Of a stretch of 64,000 nucleotides of DNA, positions 13,174 to 29,765 are shown piece by piece. A program made the position numbers and the translations under genes. The DNA is from Eledone cirrhosa. Taxonomy: Eukaryota. Below the pieces are notes generated by a model. The model worked only from the letters and a program-made list of their open reading frames with translations, made no database searches and was not told the origin of the DNA. The first letter of the stretch is position 1; every line of letters begins with the position of its first letter. Location of the stretch: the NCBI GenBank assembly GCA_964016885.1, contig OZ024756.1:27218001-27282000 (forward strand), given 5' to 3'.

Positions 13174-13889
13174 TCTCACACGTTACAACGATCTCTTAAA
13201 ATACTCAAGAAATGTATTTCCAGGCAGGAGTCCACTTTAAAATACATTGCTGGTATATTTAGAGAGTCCTTTATATTAATAGCCATAGTGGAGCTAATAT
13301 AGTCTATTTGTTCACACTCCTCAGTCCGCTTGTAATTCTATGAATATAAATTTAAGGCATTGATATTAAAAATCTGTCAAGTTTCAACAAGACGTTGACA
13401 TGTTGGCTTTCAGTGGTTGTCAGTGCATATAATCCTGGCCATATTTGAGTTTCTTTTATTTACACTCACCTATATGTGTGTATATGTGTGTTTGTGTCGC
13501 ACCGTTTCCTTTCGCTATATGTCTCTCCACCACTCCCCTACACACCCTTTGAACTCTGTTCCCACACACTTCTCACCCGAGGAAGGGCTTGCGCCCGAAA
13601 CGTCGTCCCCCACCAACACCCCACTCTCCAGAGCGTGAAATTAATAAACATTCGTTGCACTGCCTCTCTGTTTTGTCCCTCTTCAAATTTTTTCCATTAT
13701 ATATATATACATATGTACATATATACATATATATATATTGTGAGTTCGATTCCTGGACCGGGCGATGCGTTATGTCCTTGAGCAAGACACTTTATTTCAC
13801 GTTGCGACCGATAGATAGTACTAGCAACTGGAAAGACCAACGGAAACATTGTTTCCTCGGTCCGATTTGACGAAAGTCGATCGATCCTT

Positions 13890-15140
<1,251 letters not shown>

Positions 15141-15197
15141 GAAAAGATTCAGCACTCCGGCGGCTAAGCTACTCCCGTTTCAACACCTAGATCCAAA

Positions 15198-15351
<154 letters not shown>

Positions 15352-15423
15352 CACACAATATTTTTACATACGCATACATACATATAATTGTTTATGTATG
15401 CATATGTATGAACGTTTATGTGT

Positions 15424-15455
15424 GTAGTAGTAGTAGCAGCAGCAGCAGCAGCAAC

Positions 15456-15499
<44 letters not shown>

Positions 15500-15530
15500 C
15501 AGTAGTAGTAGCAGCAGCAGCAGCAGCAAC

Positions 15531-15589
<59 letters not shown>

Positions 15590-15611
15590 CCGCAGCAGCA
15601 GCAGCAGCAAC

Positions 15612-15664
<53 letters not shown>

Positions 15665-15686
15665 CCGCAGCAGCAGCAGCAGCAAC

Positions 15687-15742
<56 letters not shown>

Positions 15743-15764
15743 CAGCAGCAGCAGCAGCAGCAAC

Positions 15765-15823
<59 letters not shown>

Positions 15824-15845
15824 CAGCAGCAGCAGCAGCAGCAAC

Positions 15846-15892
<47 letters not shown>

Positions 15893-15923
15893 CAGTAGTA
15901 GTAGCAGCAGCAGCAGCAGCAAC

Positions 15924-15994
<71 letters not shown>

Positions 15995-16016
15995 CCGCAG
16001 CAGCAGCAGCAGCAAC

Positions 16017-16066
<50 letters not shown>

Positions 16067-16088
16067 CCGCAGCAGCAGCAGCAGCAAC

Positions 16089-16144
<56 letters not shown>

Positions 16145-16166
16145 CAGCAGCAGCAGCAGCAGCAAC

Positions 16167-16216
<50 letters not shown>

Positions 16217-16238
16217 CAGCAGCAGCAGCAGCAGCAAC

Positions 16239-16297
<59 letters not shown>

Positions 16298-16307
16298 CAG
16301 CAGCAAC

Positions 16308-16342
<35 letters not shown>

Positions 16343-16418
16343 CAGCAGCAGCAGCAGCAGTAGTAGCAGCAGCAGCAACATTAGTAGTAGTAGTAGTAGT
16401 AGTAGCAGTAGTAGTAGT
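15424..16418. repeat. Compound trinucleotide higher-order repeat [(GTA)n(GCA)n ACA]
   Basis: About 14 blocks of GTA runs followed by GCA runs closed by ACA, with recurrent GCC variants. Confidence 0.92.
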
Positions 16419-16853
16419 CACATATAGATGAGTGAGCAAGATTTAGAGAAGGAAGCAGAATATGAAAGGAAGGGCTGGGTGGAGGCTGGGGCGCGTAAGA
16501 TATAGACACATACATAGAAACATTACATATTGCAAACATAACATTGATGTAAGATATATGTGTTTTTTTGTGATAATACAATAAACGGTTGTCTATTGAC
16601 AACGAAATAAGCTTGTGAAATCGGTGTCATATTACCTATACTGAATATTAGCCTGCCCCCAAACCTGTTTCATGCACACCTAAACTGACATACGCTTACA
16701 TACGTTTCTTAACACTCAGACGCGGCGCGTACATACGGCGAACACACCTGGCGATTCACATGCATAGATATGCATTTATATGCATTTTTTAATACTCAGA
16801 GTACTCAAGCAGGTCACACTGGGATACACATACATATATATGCATTTGTATAT

Positions 16854-16926
<73 letters not shown>

Positions 16927-17244
16927 TCTTTAAGTCGTTTGGAAGCCTCGACAATGCAAATGGGTAAATCTCCGGGTAACAAGGTCCGGTGGTGGAGAGA
17001 GAGATGTAAGTGGGTGTACGTTGAGATGCGTGGTGTGTATAAGATGTGTGAGATGTGTAGAATGAAGGGAAGAGTATAAAGGATAAAAATAAAAATAACA
17101 ACACAAGAGAGAGTTACCTTGGGAGAGATTTAATAGTCCCTACATATTTCGGATTCACATCCATCAACTGGGGTTTTTTTCCGGGGTGGGGGAAAAGGTT
17201 GTCTGTCGGACAAGTCCGGAACGCGTCTTTTGCTGTTTGTTGTT

Positions 17245-17326
<82 letters not shown>

Positions 17327-17460
17327 AGAAATGTAAGCTATCGCCGTATTTTGACGAAATAAATTTCTTTAATTTCTTTAATTTCTTTAGTCAAAATACG
17401 GCGATAGCTTACATTTCTAATAATTTCAAACCCACTCGCTGTTTCGAAAATATTCTTACT

Positions 17461-17505
<45 letters not shown>

Positions 17506-17508
<3 letters not shown>

Positions 17509-18005
17509 TGAGGGTGAAAAACTCAGAGCTGTACGGGAGCCTCCCAAAAGTCAGCTCAAAAGTGACACAGAGGAGGCTGAGGTTAACTGGACATGCTCAC
17601 CGACATCCAGAGTTGACATTGCACTCAGTGCTCCTGTGGAAGCCCCTGCATGGACACATTGGAAGAAGAAGACCAAGGTTAACATATTTGGATGCCCTAA
17701 TGACAGACACTGGTCTGTTGGAGACGCAGGAAATGGCAGTGATGATGAGGGACAAGGGACGCTGTAGAGAGCTCATCCATGGATCTCTGTACATGGGAGG
17801 AAAGGACCGAAATACTGATGATACCCATTCCCAAACTTGACATCAGACATCAACCTCATTCAAGTAATGAAAGCAGCGTATGACAACTCAAACAGTGCAG
17901 TTCTCCTGAATAACAACATCGGAAAATACTTCAGGACAACAGTGGGAGTTCGACAAGGTTGTCTCCTTTCTCCAGTGCTTTTCAACATCTTTCTGGAAAA
18001 CACAC
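17506..18005 (+). mobile_element. Two juxtaposed RTE fragments (C-terminal region, then reverse transcriptase segment)
   Basis: RRLRLTGHAHRH...LLWKP...GRRRPRLTYLD followed by LIQVMKAAYDNSNSAV...FRTTVGVRQGCLLSPVLFNIFLE (RT QG motif). Confidence 0.85.
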
Positions 18006-18612
18006 CAAGACTTCTGCCTCTCTGTTTCCATCGGTTGACCCATTTTCATCGTGTGATTGGTTGGTCCATTTTCAACGTGTGATTTGCTGATGAATATCAC
18101 AAAGTATCCGATCCAACGTTCTGCCAATTCGGCGCCTATATACACAATACTAAACCAAAAAGAAAGGAAGATAAAATGTGAGGAAAAAAAAAACCTTCGC
18201 ACTCAGTCTCAATCATAATCCCCAACAAGAGGCACTGAAGCTTTCTTCCCCCTTATACATTTTTTAAGAAAGCCAACACATACACAGCATTGATGCAAAT
18301 GATAGCGAGGATAAAGCAGTGAAATAGCCAAATATTATCTTCTCTCAATTTAACTAACATTCCTTGTTGTGTATCAAATAGACTTTCAAACGACAACACA
18401 TTGCACTTAAGTTACACGGAAATGAAAGCATCAACACACCTAGGGTATCCAAACGCCAAACATTTCAAGTGTTTTCTTTTAACTTCCTGTATTTAGCTTT
18501 CAATATGGCGTCTTTTAAATTCACTTAGCTTTCTAGCTACCTATCAATCTACTTACTGTCTAGTGTTTTCCTGGTTTTTTTTTTCATGGCACCATATTTA
18601 TACTTATATATA

Positions 18613-18686
<74 letters not shown>

Positions 18687-18763
18687 GCAGTAAATAAAGT
18701 GGGGATCTAATGGTTTCATTAATGCTCTTCCATACAATAGTGTCTTTGTTGATCAATATATAC

Positions 18764-18800
<37 letters not shown>

Positions 18801-18873
18801 CACAAGCCAAAACCGCTTGGCGCTGCGGTCGTGATTTTACATATCACACTCTCTATATATATATATATGTATA

Positions 18874-18937
<64 letters not shown>

Positions 18938-19240
18938 TATATACATGTATATATATATATGTATATATATACATATATATATGTATATACATATATACAT
19001 ATATATATATATAAATATAAATATACATATATAATCTTAATATACGTATATATATCCTGATTCATCAGCTAAGTATTTTTGACATCGCATTAAGATAATT
19101 CCACCCCCGTTTCTTTCCCAAAATTACTTCCAAATCACAGCATACAGTGTACCGCCGCCATTCGCGGTCCCGGTTATTCGCGAAATTTTCCTTAGAATCT
19201 AACTAATAATAGTTCGTGGAAACCTCCGCATATTCACCGA

Positions 19241-19458
19241 ATTATGGTTTGCGCCGGGTAGGGTTAATTGTAGGATTATGGTGTGCGCCGGGTAGGGTTA
19301 ATTGTAGGATTATGGTGTGCGCCGGGTAGGGTTAATTGTAGGATTATGGTGTGCGCCGGGTAGGGTTAATTGTAGGATTATGGTGTGCGCCGGGTAGGGT
19401 TAATTGTAGGATTATGGTGTGCGCCGGGTAGGGTTAATTGTAGGATTATGGTTTGCGT
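19241..19458. repeat. 34-bp minisatellite, about 6.4 copies
   Basis: Unit attatggtgtgcgccgggtagggttaattgtagg. Confidence 0.92.
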
Positions 19459-19576
19459 TTGTTTGAATGATATGGATTTGGTGGAGCATATACTTTTCGT
19501 TGTACTATTAAAAAAAAAAAAAAATGTTTAAGGTTTCGTTTCGTTCTGTTTCCGTTCGTTGTCTTGTCCTTTTTTA

Positions 19577-19617
<41 letters not shown>

Positions 19618-19789
19618 TATTCATATATTTATATATATATATAGGAAAAAGTTTAACCCCGACGGCAGAGCTCCAGCCGTTTAGTCGGCCATTTCTGGAC
19701 TCTTTTTGCTATTACCCACTCTATTACCCTAACTATTGAGTACTCTGGTGCGTTATGGTCCATCTGGTTCCTTACTACACTTCCTTCGT

Positions 19790-19824
<35 letters not shown>

Positions 19825-19860
19825 TATGTATATATATATACATACATATATATATATACA

Positions 19861-19922
<62 letters not shown>

Positions 19923-19967
19923 ATATATATATATACATCTATCTATCTATCCATATATATGTGTTTT

Positions 19968-20045
<78 letters not shown>

Positions 20046-20105
20046 TATATATATACATCTATCTATCTATATATATATATGTGTGTGTGTATATATATAT
20101 ATATG

Positions 20106-20232
<127 letters not shown>

Positions 20233-20678
20233 TACACACATATATATTAGGTATAAATCGAAGTTGTAGCTGACACATATATATATGGTGTGAATATATT
20301 TAAGGTCTCTTTTTATAACTTTAAGTAGACATGACATACAGCTGAAATGGCGGCCTTTTACAGTCGTTGGCCTAAACACAAAACATATGACACTATCGTC
20401 TTGCCGCCTAAGATGCATTAATTAATTGTTTCTACTTTTGGCACAAGGCCAGCAATTACCCAGTGTATTACTGGTACTTTATTTTATCGACCCCGTAAGG
20501 ATGAAAGGCAAAGTTAACCTCGAACACAAAATAGACAGAGATAAAAGGGGAGACATAGATAAATATAAACCATCCGATGAATACTTTGAGATTTCATTTA
20601 AACAAACAAATATACAATAGTTTGTTTATCGGTCATTCATATATATATGTGTGTGTGTGGATATACACATATTTGTAC

Positions 20679-20743
<65 letters not shown>

Positions 20744-20909
20744 TTAAGGATACTATTTATGGTTATGTATGTAATAAAACCTTTAATGGTAATATATTAT
20801 TTATACAAACCTTAAATAGTGAAAGATAGTCATTAATTACTATCCTATTACCAGTAAGATAAATAGCTCAATGTAATAACATCAGTTGTTTTACAGAGCA
20901 GTTATATAG

Positions 20910-21324
20910 AGATTACAATAATCAAAGTTCAGTTTAAGTCATTTATTTGCTTACAATTGTTTCCTCCAAACCGAGGTTTGGATTCTTCGGAGCAACTATT
21001 TACTGATCTATAACATACTTGACCTCTTTTTCAACCCAAGAGACATATAAGACATATGCGCATATTGATCAACAGTGGGGTGACATTCATCAAATGATAT
21101 AGCATGGCAATTTTATATGTAAATTGCCATGCTATATCATTTGATGAATGTCACCCCACTGTTGATCAATATGCGCATATGTCTTATATGTCTCTTGGGT
21201 TGAAAAAGAGGTCAAGTATGTTATAGATCAGTAAATAGTTGCTCCGAAGAATCCAAACCTCGGTTTGGAGGAAACAATTGTAAGCAAATAAATGACTTAA
21301 ACTGAACTTTGATTATTGTAATCT
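20910..21324. repeat. Near-perfect palindrome with 204-bp arms and 7-nt spacer
   Basis: 20910-21113 is the reverse complement of 21121-21324; the right end abuts (TA)n. Confidence 0.92.
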
Positions 21325-21462
21325 ATATATATATATATATAATATATATATATATATATACACACATATATATATATATATATAATATATATATATATAT
21401 ATACACACATATATATATATAATATATATAATATATATATATATATATACACACCTATATAT

Positions 21463-21533
<71 letters not shown>

Positions 21534-21576
21534 ATATATATATATATATACACACATAATATATATATATATATAT

Positions 21577-21645
<69 letters not shown>

Positions 21646-21760
21646 TATATATATACACACATAATATATATATATATATATACACACATATATATATATA
21701 TATATATATAATATATAATATATATATATATATATATACACACATAATATATATATATAT

Positions 21761-21892
<132 letters not shown>

Positions 21893-22315
21893 GTATATTA
21901 TATATGTATATATATATATATATATATGTTAACTCAACTTAATATGACATGACGTAAAGTTTTCATTATCTCCCCTCTCTCTCTTGAGTTTTTCTATCTG
22001 TCTGATGACTTAATATCTCTCTGTTGCTTTCCTCTGTTTTTCTTATTTCTTCCTTTTTTCTTTTTTCTTTCTTTCCTCCTGTCTTTATTTATCTCTTTCT
22101 TTTTTCTCAATGCATTTCTCTCTCTCCGATATTTCTCCACGTTTTTTCTTTCTCTCTCTCCGTCTTTTTCTTTCTCTCCGTCTTTTTCTAATTGTCCTTA
22201 ACACTATGACTTATTAAAATAATATAAACAACTCACTATCCGGATGACTTCCAAAAATAATGGTTGCATTTTAAAAGGGTACGTCAAAGCTTATTTGTAA
22301 AACTGTTATATATTG

Positions 22316-22380
22316 TATTTTGTCTGATGAAGGCATACCATAATTTAATTTGGTATCCCTGAAATATGTATAATGAAATA
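22316..22380 (+). ncRNA. Type I hammerhead, family B
   Basis: tattttgt CTGATGA aggcatacca...tggtatccct GAAA tatgta TA atgaaata; compensatory stem II changes relative to the 1520 copy. Confidence 0.8.
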
Positions 22381-22419
22381 AATATGGTTTTATAAATATA
22401 GTTTCCATTTATTAATATC

Positions 22420-22465
<46 letters not shown>

Positions 22466-22646
22466 GTGTATATATATATACATATATATATACATATTTA
22501 TAAATATTTATATAAATATATCATACGACATTAACAAATGGAAACTATATTTATAAAACCATATCGTATATATATATATATGTATATATGTGTATATATA
22601 TATACATATATATATACATATTTATAAATATTTATATAAATATATC

Positions 22647-22898
22647 ATACGACATTAACAAATGGAAACTATATTTATAAAACCATATTTATTTCATTAT
22701 ACATATTTCAAGGAGACCAAGTTAAATTATGGTGTGCTTTCATCAGATAAAATATAATATAGATCAGTTTTATAAAACTGATCTATATTATAGTTTATCT
22801 GATGAAAGCACACCATAATTTAACTTGGTCTCCTTGAAATATGTATAATGAAATAAATATGGTTTTATAAATATAGTTTCCATTTGTTAATGTCGTAT
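22647..22898. mobile_element. Family B fold-back with hammerheads on both strands (22690-22754 minus, 22791-22855 plus)
   Basis: Palindrome centred on gatcagttttataaaactgatc; the long arm continues as a tail to about 23005. Confidence 0.8.
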
Positions 22899-23004
22899 TT
22901 TTACTCCAAATATTTGTTGAGTGCTTTATATCAGTTATAAAAATATTTGCTTGTTGTATCCCAACAATATAAATAGAACTTTTACATATATAAATATATC
23001 TATA

Positions 23005-23074
<70 letters not shown>

Positions 23075-23098
23075 TATATATGCGTGTGTGCATATATG

Positions 23099-23129
<31 letters not shown>

Positions 23130-23140
23130 TCACGTATATA

Positions 23141-23188
<48 letters not shown>

Positions 23189-23439
23189 GATTGGTGCTCT
23201 GAAATAGCGATGTATACATGAATGTGTGTATAGTATATTAGGCAATTTACCGTATGTTAAACATATGTATATGTATAAACAAATGTATGAGCATACTACA
23301 TTGTGAAGGCATGGCTGTTCGTATGAATGTATACATACATTTTTAGGGACACGTATGACTCTATTACAGATACAACACATACAAATATGTGTACAGTACT
23401 CTGCTTGTTCTAAGAGCATCCGGTTCTAGACATATACAT

Positions 23440-23472
<33 letters not shown>

Positions 23473-23695
23473 CGTACATACACACGTACGTAAATATATA
23501 TGTAAGTGTGCCTTGTTTATATATATATATATATATATACATGATTATGTATATATATATGTATATATATGTATATATATGTATATGATTATATATATAT
23601 ATGTATATGATTATATATATATATGTATATGATTATATATGTATATGTATATGATTATATATGTATATGTATATGATTATATATGTATATGATTA

Positions 23696-23754
<59 letters not shown>

Positions 23755-23913
23755 GTATATATATAAGTAATTCTGGGATCAATCGGTGCTGACCACAGTA
23801 GGTAAGGTACTCAATGCATAGCAGAGTATAAATGTTTTAATATAGATAATGCTTCTACAGGACTAGAACTGTACGAATGAAACAGTTCTAGTCCTGTAGA
23901 AGGGTTTCTATAT

Positions 23914-23979
<66 letters not shown>

Positions 23980-24496
23980 ATATATAAGATCAAAAGATGG
24001 TTAAAGGAGTTCCATGTATTTTAATAAAATACATGGAACTCCTTTAACCATCTTTTGATCTTATATATTATGTATACTCCAGTCCTACAAACTGTAGAGT
24101 GCTTCTTATCCGATATCTGCATTGCTTTATTGTACTACAATAAAACTCACCTCCTACATATATATTTATATATATACGTATAGATACATATATACATATA
24201 TACATATATACATATATACATACACACACAGACACATATTTATGTACACATACACACACACATATATATATTGGATTGTCAAGTATGAAATTTGTAGAAT
24301 TTTGTAGACAAAAAACAAATTTGTGCAAATTTCATCCTTGACGTGCCAATACATATACCCACAACACCCAGTTTAGAAAGTTCACTTCGTAGAAACTAAC
24401 AAGTTTGGGGGCGATGTATTTTGTCCTTCCTTAAGTGTTATTCTAGATTGTTCCATCCCACTCCACATACACACACACACATATATATATATACAT

Positions 24497-24533
<37 letters not shown>

Positions 24534-24573
24534 CACAAACACACACATATATATATATATACATATACACACG

Positions 24574-24645
<72 letters not shown>

Positions 24646-24698
24646 TATATATACACAAACACACACATATATATATACATACACACACACACACACAT

Positions 24699-24835
<137 letters not shown>

Positions 24836-24846
24836 TATATATACAT

Positions 24847-24907
<61 letters not shown>

Positions 24908-25001
24908 TATATATATATGTGTTTGTATGTGTGTACGTGTGTGTGTGTGTGTGCGTGTATGTGTATCTGTGCGCGTGTGTGTGTCTGTACGTGTGTGTAT
25001 G

Positions 25002-25048
<47 letters not shown>

Positions 25049-25807
25049 TTGTGTCTGCGTGTGTGTATGTGTGTGCGTGTGTCTGCGTGAGTGTGTGTGT
25101 GTATGTGTATGTAGGCGTGTCTGTGAGTGTGTGTGTCTGTCTTTACGTGTGCGTATGTGTGTGTCTGTCTCTGTGTGCGTGCGTACGTCTGTGTATGTGT
25201 ATGTGTGTGCGTGTGTCTGTCTGCGTGTGCCTGTATGTCTGTTCGTATTTGTGTGTGTATGAGTGACTGTGTCTGTGTGTGTATGTGCATGTATGTGTGT
25301 GTGTCAGTGTGTGTGTGTGTGTATGAGTATGTGTGTATGAGTGTGTGTGTGTGTGTGTGTGTGTTTGAGTATGTGTGTATGTGTGTTTGAGTATGTGTGT
25401 ATGTGTGTGTGTGTGTGCTACCAGTGATGAAGAGTGAGTGAGTCGTACAAACATTAATATGTGTTTTGTGTGAGTTTATTAGGAGTGTAATCTGCCCAAA
25501 ATATTTACTGTTATTAAAAGCTTGTTTGTTATTTAGTTGTTGTTTTAGTTTTTTTAATGCCAATGTCTCTAGGTTTAAGCTTGCTATTTAACAACTTGTC
25601 TTTATATATAGAAATTTCTCTAATGGTCTCTCCAGAATTACTTTAAATACATGACACGCCATTAAAATTGCTAGATGGCAAAACAAAACGCCTTGTATTT
25701 TTTAACATTCTGATGTATTCTGATTGCAAATTTTGCTAAATTCGGATTTGTTTTTCATTCTGTATGTATTCCATGAATAAACGCAAATATGTATGTATAA
25801 ATATATA

Positions 25808-25890
25808 CCGTATATGCCGGCGTACTAGTCGACATTTGGAGCCTAAAAATATCTCTCCAAAACCAAGAGTCGACTTGTCCACTGAATATA
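25808..25890 (+). mobile_element. Tc1/mariner-superfamily (Tc2/pogo-like) terminal fragment
   Basis: TA-CCGTATATGCCGGCGTACTAGTCGAC...GAGTCGACTTGTCCAC resembles such termini; partner end not found. Confidence 0.4.
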
Positions 25891-26465
25891 AAATCTGAAC
25901 CTTTACCACTGAGGGTTAAATAATGATTTCTTGTAATTTGGGGGACGGGAAAGTCGATTAAATCGACTCCAGTACGTTACTGGAACTTTATTTTATCGAC
26001 CCCGTAAGGATGAAAGATAAAGATAAGCTCAGGGGGATTTGAATTCAGAACGTAAAGGGCCGTAACAATATGCTGCAAAGATTGTTGTCCGACCCTCTAC
26101 CGTTTCTGCCAATCCCCCACCCTAAAATGGACAAGTATAATAAACTCTAACATAGACCCCAAGCCATACATATATTTAGAGGAGGAGGTTAGTCAATTAA
26201 TTTCACCCATCCTATAGCACACAACACATTACTATATGTTACTATCAATGTACTAACATGGTACTATCAGCTAATTCTCGATTCTAATTTACATATTATT
26301 AGTAGCTAATTCAGGTCGTTGGCTTTTTGCAGCTCCGCAGAGAAATTTGTAAACAAAAATATATTTATAGATGTCAGTGTATTTATTTACACATTTATTA
26401 ATGCAGTTTCACTGAATCTTGTTCTATTTTTGTAAAAATATGTATGTATTAATATTATATCTCAG

Positions 26466-26822
26466 GGCGGTGGTTTGGCAGTATCGGTAGAGCACCAGAC
26501 GCCATGCTTTGCAGCACAGAGTTATGGCCCTTTACGTTCTGGTTTAAAATCCCGCCGAGGTTAACTTTGCCATTCATCCTTACGGGGTCGATAAAATAAA
26601 GTACCAGTAATGCACTGAGGTAATTGCTGGCCTTGTGCCAAAAGTAGAAACTGTCAGTAGAGCGTCAGGCACCATGCTTTGCTGCATAGGGACATGACTC
26701 TTTATGTTCTCAGTTCAAATCTCGCTGAGGTTAACTTTGCCTTTCATCCTGAAGAGGTCGATAAAATAAAGCACCAGTAATGCACTGGGGTAATTGCTGT
26801 CCTTGTGCCAAAAGTAGAAACA
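26466..26822 (+). mobile_element. Tandem S1 SINE dimer
   Basis: 14-bp TSD atattatatctcag at 26452-26465 and 26823-26836. Confidence 0.85.
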
Positions 26823-27070
26823 ATATTATATCTCAGTTATTTAGGACCTAATTTCATATTTAATTCAATTAGCTATCACGTAATTATATATATGCAAACT
26901 GAAACCTCCAGTTTGCTAATACTACTATATTTGGTGGGCTTATAATGCTATAAATTATGTGGACTGAGATAGGTGTACACATTGTCTGGTGTTTCGAAAC
27001 TCGAGGCTGATCGTTTACTTGTTTTAGCTCGGTGGAGAAATTTGTAATTAAGATTCATATCTGTATATTT

Positions 27071-27470
27071 CAGACCTGTCAACTCTTCCCATCCGACGGG
27101 GAGATCTCCCACCCACTTTGGGATGGGTGAGAGATGTCTTCTCTTGTGAAAATGGGTATAACTGTCATTATGTAAAATCTCCCTGGGCGGTGGATTGGCA
27201 GTGTCGGTAGAGGGTCGAACGCCATGCTTTGACGTATAGAGTTACGGCCCTTGCCATTCTGAGTTCAAATCCCGCTGAGGTTAACTTTGCCTTTCATCCT
27301 GAAGGGGTCGATAAAATAAAGTATCAGTAATGTAGTGGGTAATTACTGGCCTTGTGCCAAAAGTAGAAATAATTATGTAAAATCTCCCTATTTTTCATCA
27401 TTTCTCCCTGTTTGGGGCACTTTTTTTTCATGGAACTCCCCGTTTGGGTTTTTAGAGGTTGGCAGGTCTG
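27071..27470. mobile_element. hAT-like MITE containing a nested S1 SINE (27185-27371)
   Basis: TIR CAGACCTGTCAAC / GTTGGCAGGTCTG; the SINE has an 18-bp TSD attatgtaaaatctccct (27167-27184, 27372-27389). Confidence 0.75.
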
Positions 27471-27969
27471 GTGTTTACTTCCAGATCTACTCAAGTTCGG
27501 TAAAATCGTGTACTGTTTCGCTACAGATATACATTTATCCCAAATAAAATATGTATCAAACAAGATTGTGACGGTTAGAATGTCTCTGATCATAGATGTC
27601 CTAAACAGAAGTCCTAAAAAGATATCTTAAACTTGGTCTCTAAACAATAACAACAGCTTGAACCACAAGCCGTCTAATATAATCACATAAAATAAAAGTT
27701 GTAGTAAAGTGGTCGTTAACATATTGGCTATAGAGAGAACACACACACAGCACAAACAAACAATCTTCTTGACACTAATCTCTTAGAAAAAAATCATTAT
27801 TCTTATAATATCATTATGCTACCACAACATCTCCATATCACCACAACACCTCCACATACTCAAAATCTCTCTTATGTTCTTACAATATCCTCAATGATGA
27901 TGATAATGATGGCAATAATAATTTCTTTATAGCCACTCGATCTGCATGACGATGATGATAATATAAATA

Positions 27970-28510
27970 ATAATTGTTTCTACTTTTGGCACAAGGCCAG
28001 CAATTATCCCAGAGCATTACTGGTACTTTATTTTATCGACCCCGTAAGGATGAGAGGCAAAGTTAACCTCAACGGGATTTGAACTCAGAACGTAAAGGGT
28101 CATAACTCTATGCTGTAAAGCATGGTGTCTGACGCTCTACCGATACTGCCAATTCACCGCCCTTTTAATATAAATAAAAATGCTTTCTGATTTAGGTCAA
28201 CAATTTTGGAGGAGAGGAAAGTCGATTAAATTGATTCCAGTGCATTACTGGTACTTTATTTTATCGACCTCTTAAGGATGAAAGGCAAAGCTAACTTCGG
28301 CGAGATCAGCTAACTCAGAACGCTAAGCGACGTAACTATGCCGCCGCGAAGCATGGTGACCGACGCTCTACCGATTCTGCCAAGCTTTCTGATTAAGTCA
28401 CAACGTCAACAGTTTTGGGGAAGGGGAATGTCAATTAAATCGATCTCAGCTCATTACTGGTACTTTTATTTTATCGACCCTGTAAGCATGAAAGGTAAAT
28501 CTAACCTCGC
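27970..28510 (-). mobile_element. Three tandem S1 SINE copies
   Basis: Three ttttatcgacc...atgaaaggcaaag-type cores. Confidence 0.8.
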
Positions 28511-29009
28511 TTGGATATATTTCGGGACTTATGACTGGCAAGCAGCTCAGCGACCGTATCTGTATCAGTGAGCTGTTCAACATTACCAAACTTAGACCAA
28601 TTACATCAATTATCAAGTCAAGAGTACTCAAACTATACGGTCATATAAAAAGATCAACTCGTGGTGTGAGTAGGTTATGCCTGGAAGGAAGGTTGGCTGA
28701 AAAGAGAAGCAGAGGCTGGCAGCCAAAACGATGACTTGATAATGTCAACTTATGGACTGGACTTGATCTTTGCTCTTTAAACTCTGCTGGTGATCGAAAG
28801 GTATTATATATTCCTGGAAGGAAGGTTGGCTGGTAAGAGAAGCAGAGGCCGGCAACCGAAACGATGACTTGATAATGTCACCTTATGGACTGGACTTGAT
28901 CTTTGCTCTTTCAAATCTGTTGCTGGTGATCGAACTTTGTGGAAAGAGATATCACATGTTGATGCGCAGTCTGCAACTGGCGGTGTTTAGCGTCACAAGA
29001 AGAAGAAGA
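28511..29009 (+). mobile_element. RTE 3' end with internal duplication and (GAA)n tail
   Basis: IIKSRVLKLYGHIKR...CLEGRLAEKRSRGWQPKR; segment 28680-28798 repeated from 28813; ends in agaagaagaaga. Confidence 0.8.
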
Positions 29010-29369
29010 TAGTTCGAAGAATGAAAATAAATACGGAAAGAAGAACTATATAGACACAGAGAAGGAAAGGGGGGTAGGAAAGAGAAGGGGTTGAGGGTGA
29101 AATACACGTGATAAGATTGTAAAATTGAAGCACACCTGGTTAATATAAAGAATAATGTTGTTTAATGTATTTTTTTATAGAGTGGTGCTGTTTTTTTTTT
29201 AGTAGTTTTTTCTTCCCCCCCCCCTCCCCCTCACCCCCTGCAAAAACATCAACAACTACAACAAAAACAGACCCAGATATTAGATATATTCCGTCAAAAC
29301 AACCACAACAACAGTAACTCCAAAAGCAACAGCAACTACAAGAGCAACAGTTACAACAGCAACATAAAA

Positions 29370-29765
29370 AAGCAACAGCAGCAACAACAGCAGCAACACA
29401 AAAAAAAACAACAGCAGCAACACAAAAAAAAAACAACACCAGCAACACGAAAAAAAAAACAACAGCAGCAACACAAAAAAAACAACAACAGCAGCAACAC
29501 ACAAAAAACAACAGCAGCAACACGAAAAAGAAAATCAACAGCAGCAACACGAAAAAAAACAACAGCAGCAACACGAAAAAAAAAAACAACAGCAGCAACA
29601 CAAAAAAAAACAACAACAGCAGCAACACACAAAAAACAACAGCAGCAACACGAAAAAGAAAATCAACAGCAGCAACACGAAAAAAAAACAACAGCAGCAA
29701 CACGAAAAAGAAAAACAACAGCAGCAACACAAAAAAAAACAACAGCAGCAACACGAAAAACAATA
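29370..29765. repeat. Minisatellite of aacagcagcaacac(g/a)-A-tract units
   Basis: About 15 units of 24-30 bp with higher-order duplication. Confidence 0.85.

Noticed and set aside
21141-21215. TTGATGA...GAAA within the 415-bp palindrome as a hammerhead
   Set aside because: Stems I and III do not pair
27074-27126. Apparent AG...GT exon
   Set aside because: Lies in the terminus of an hAT-like MITE
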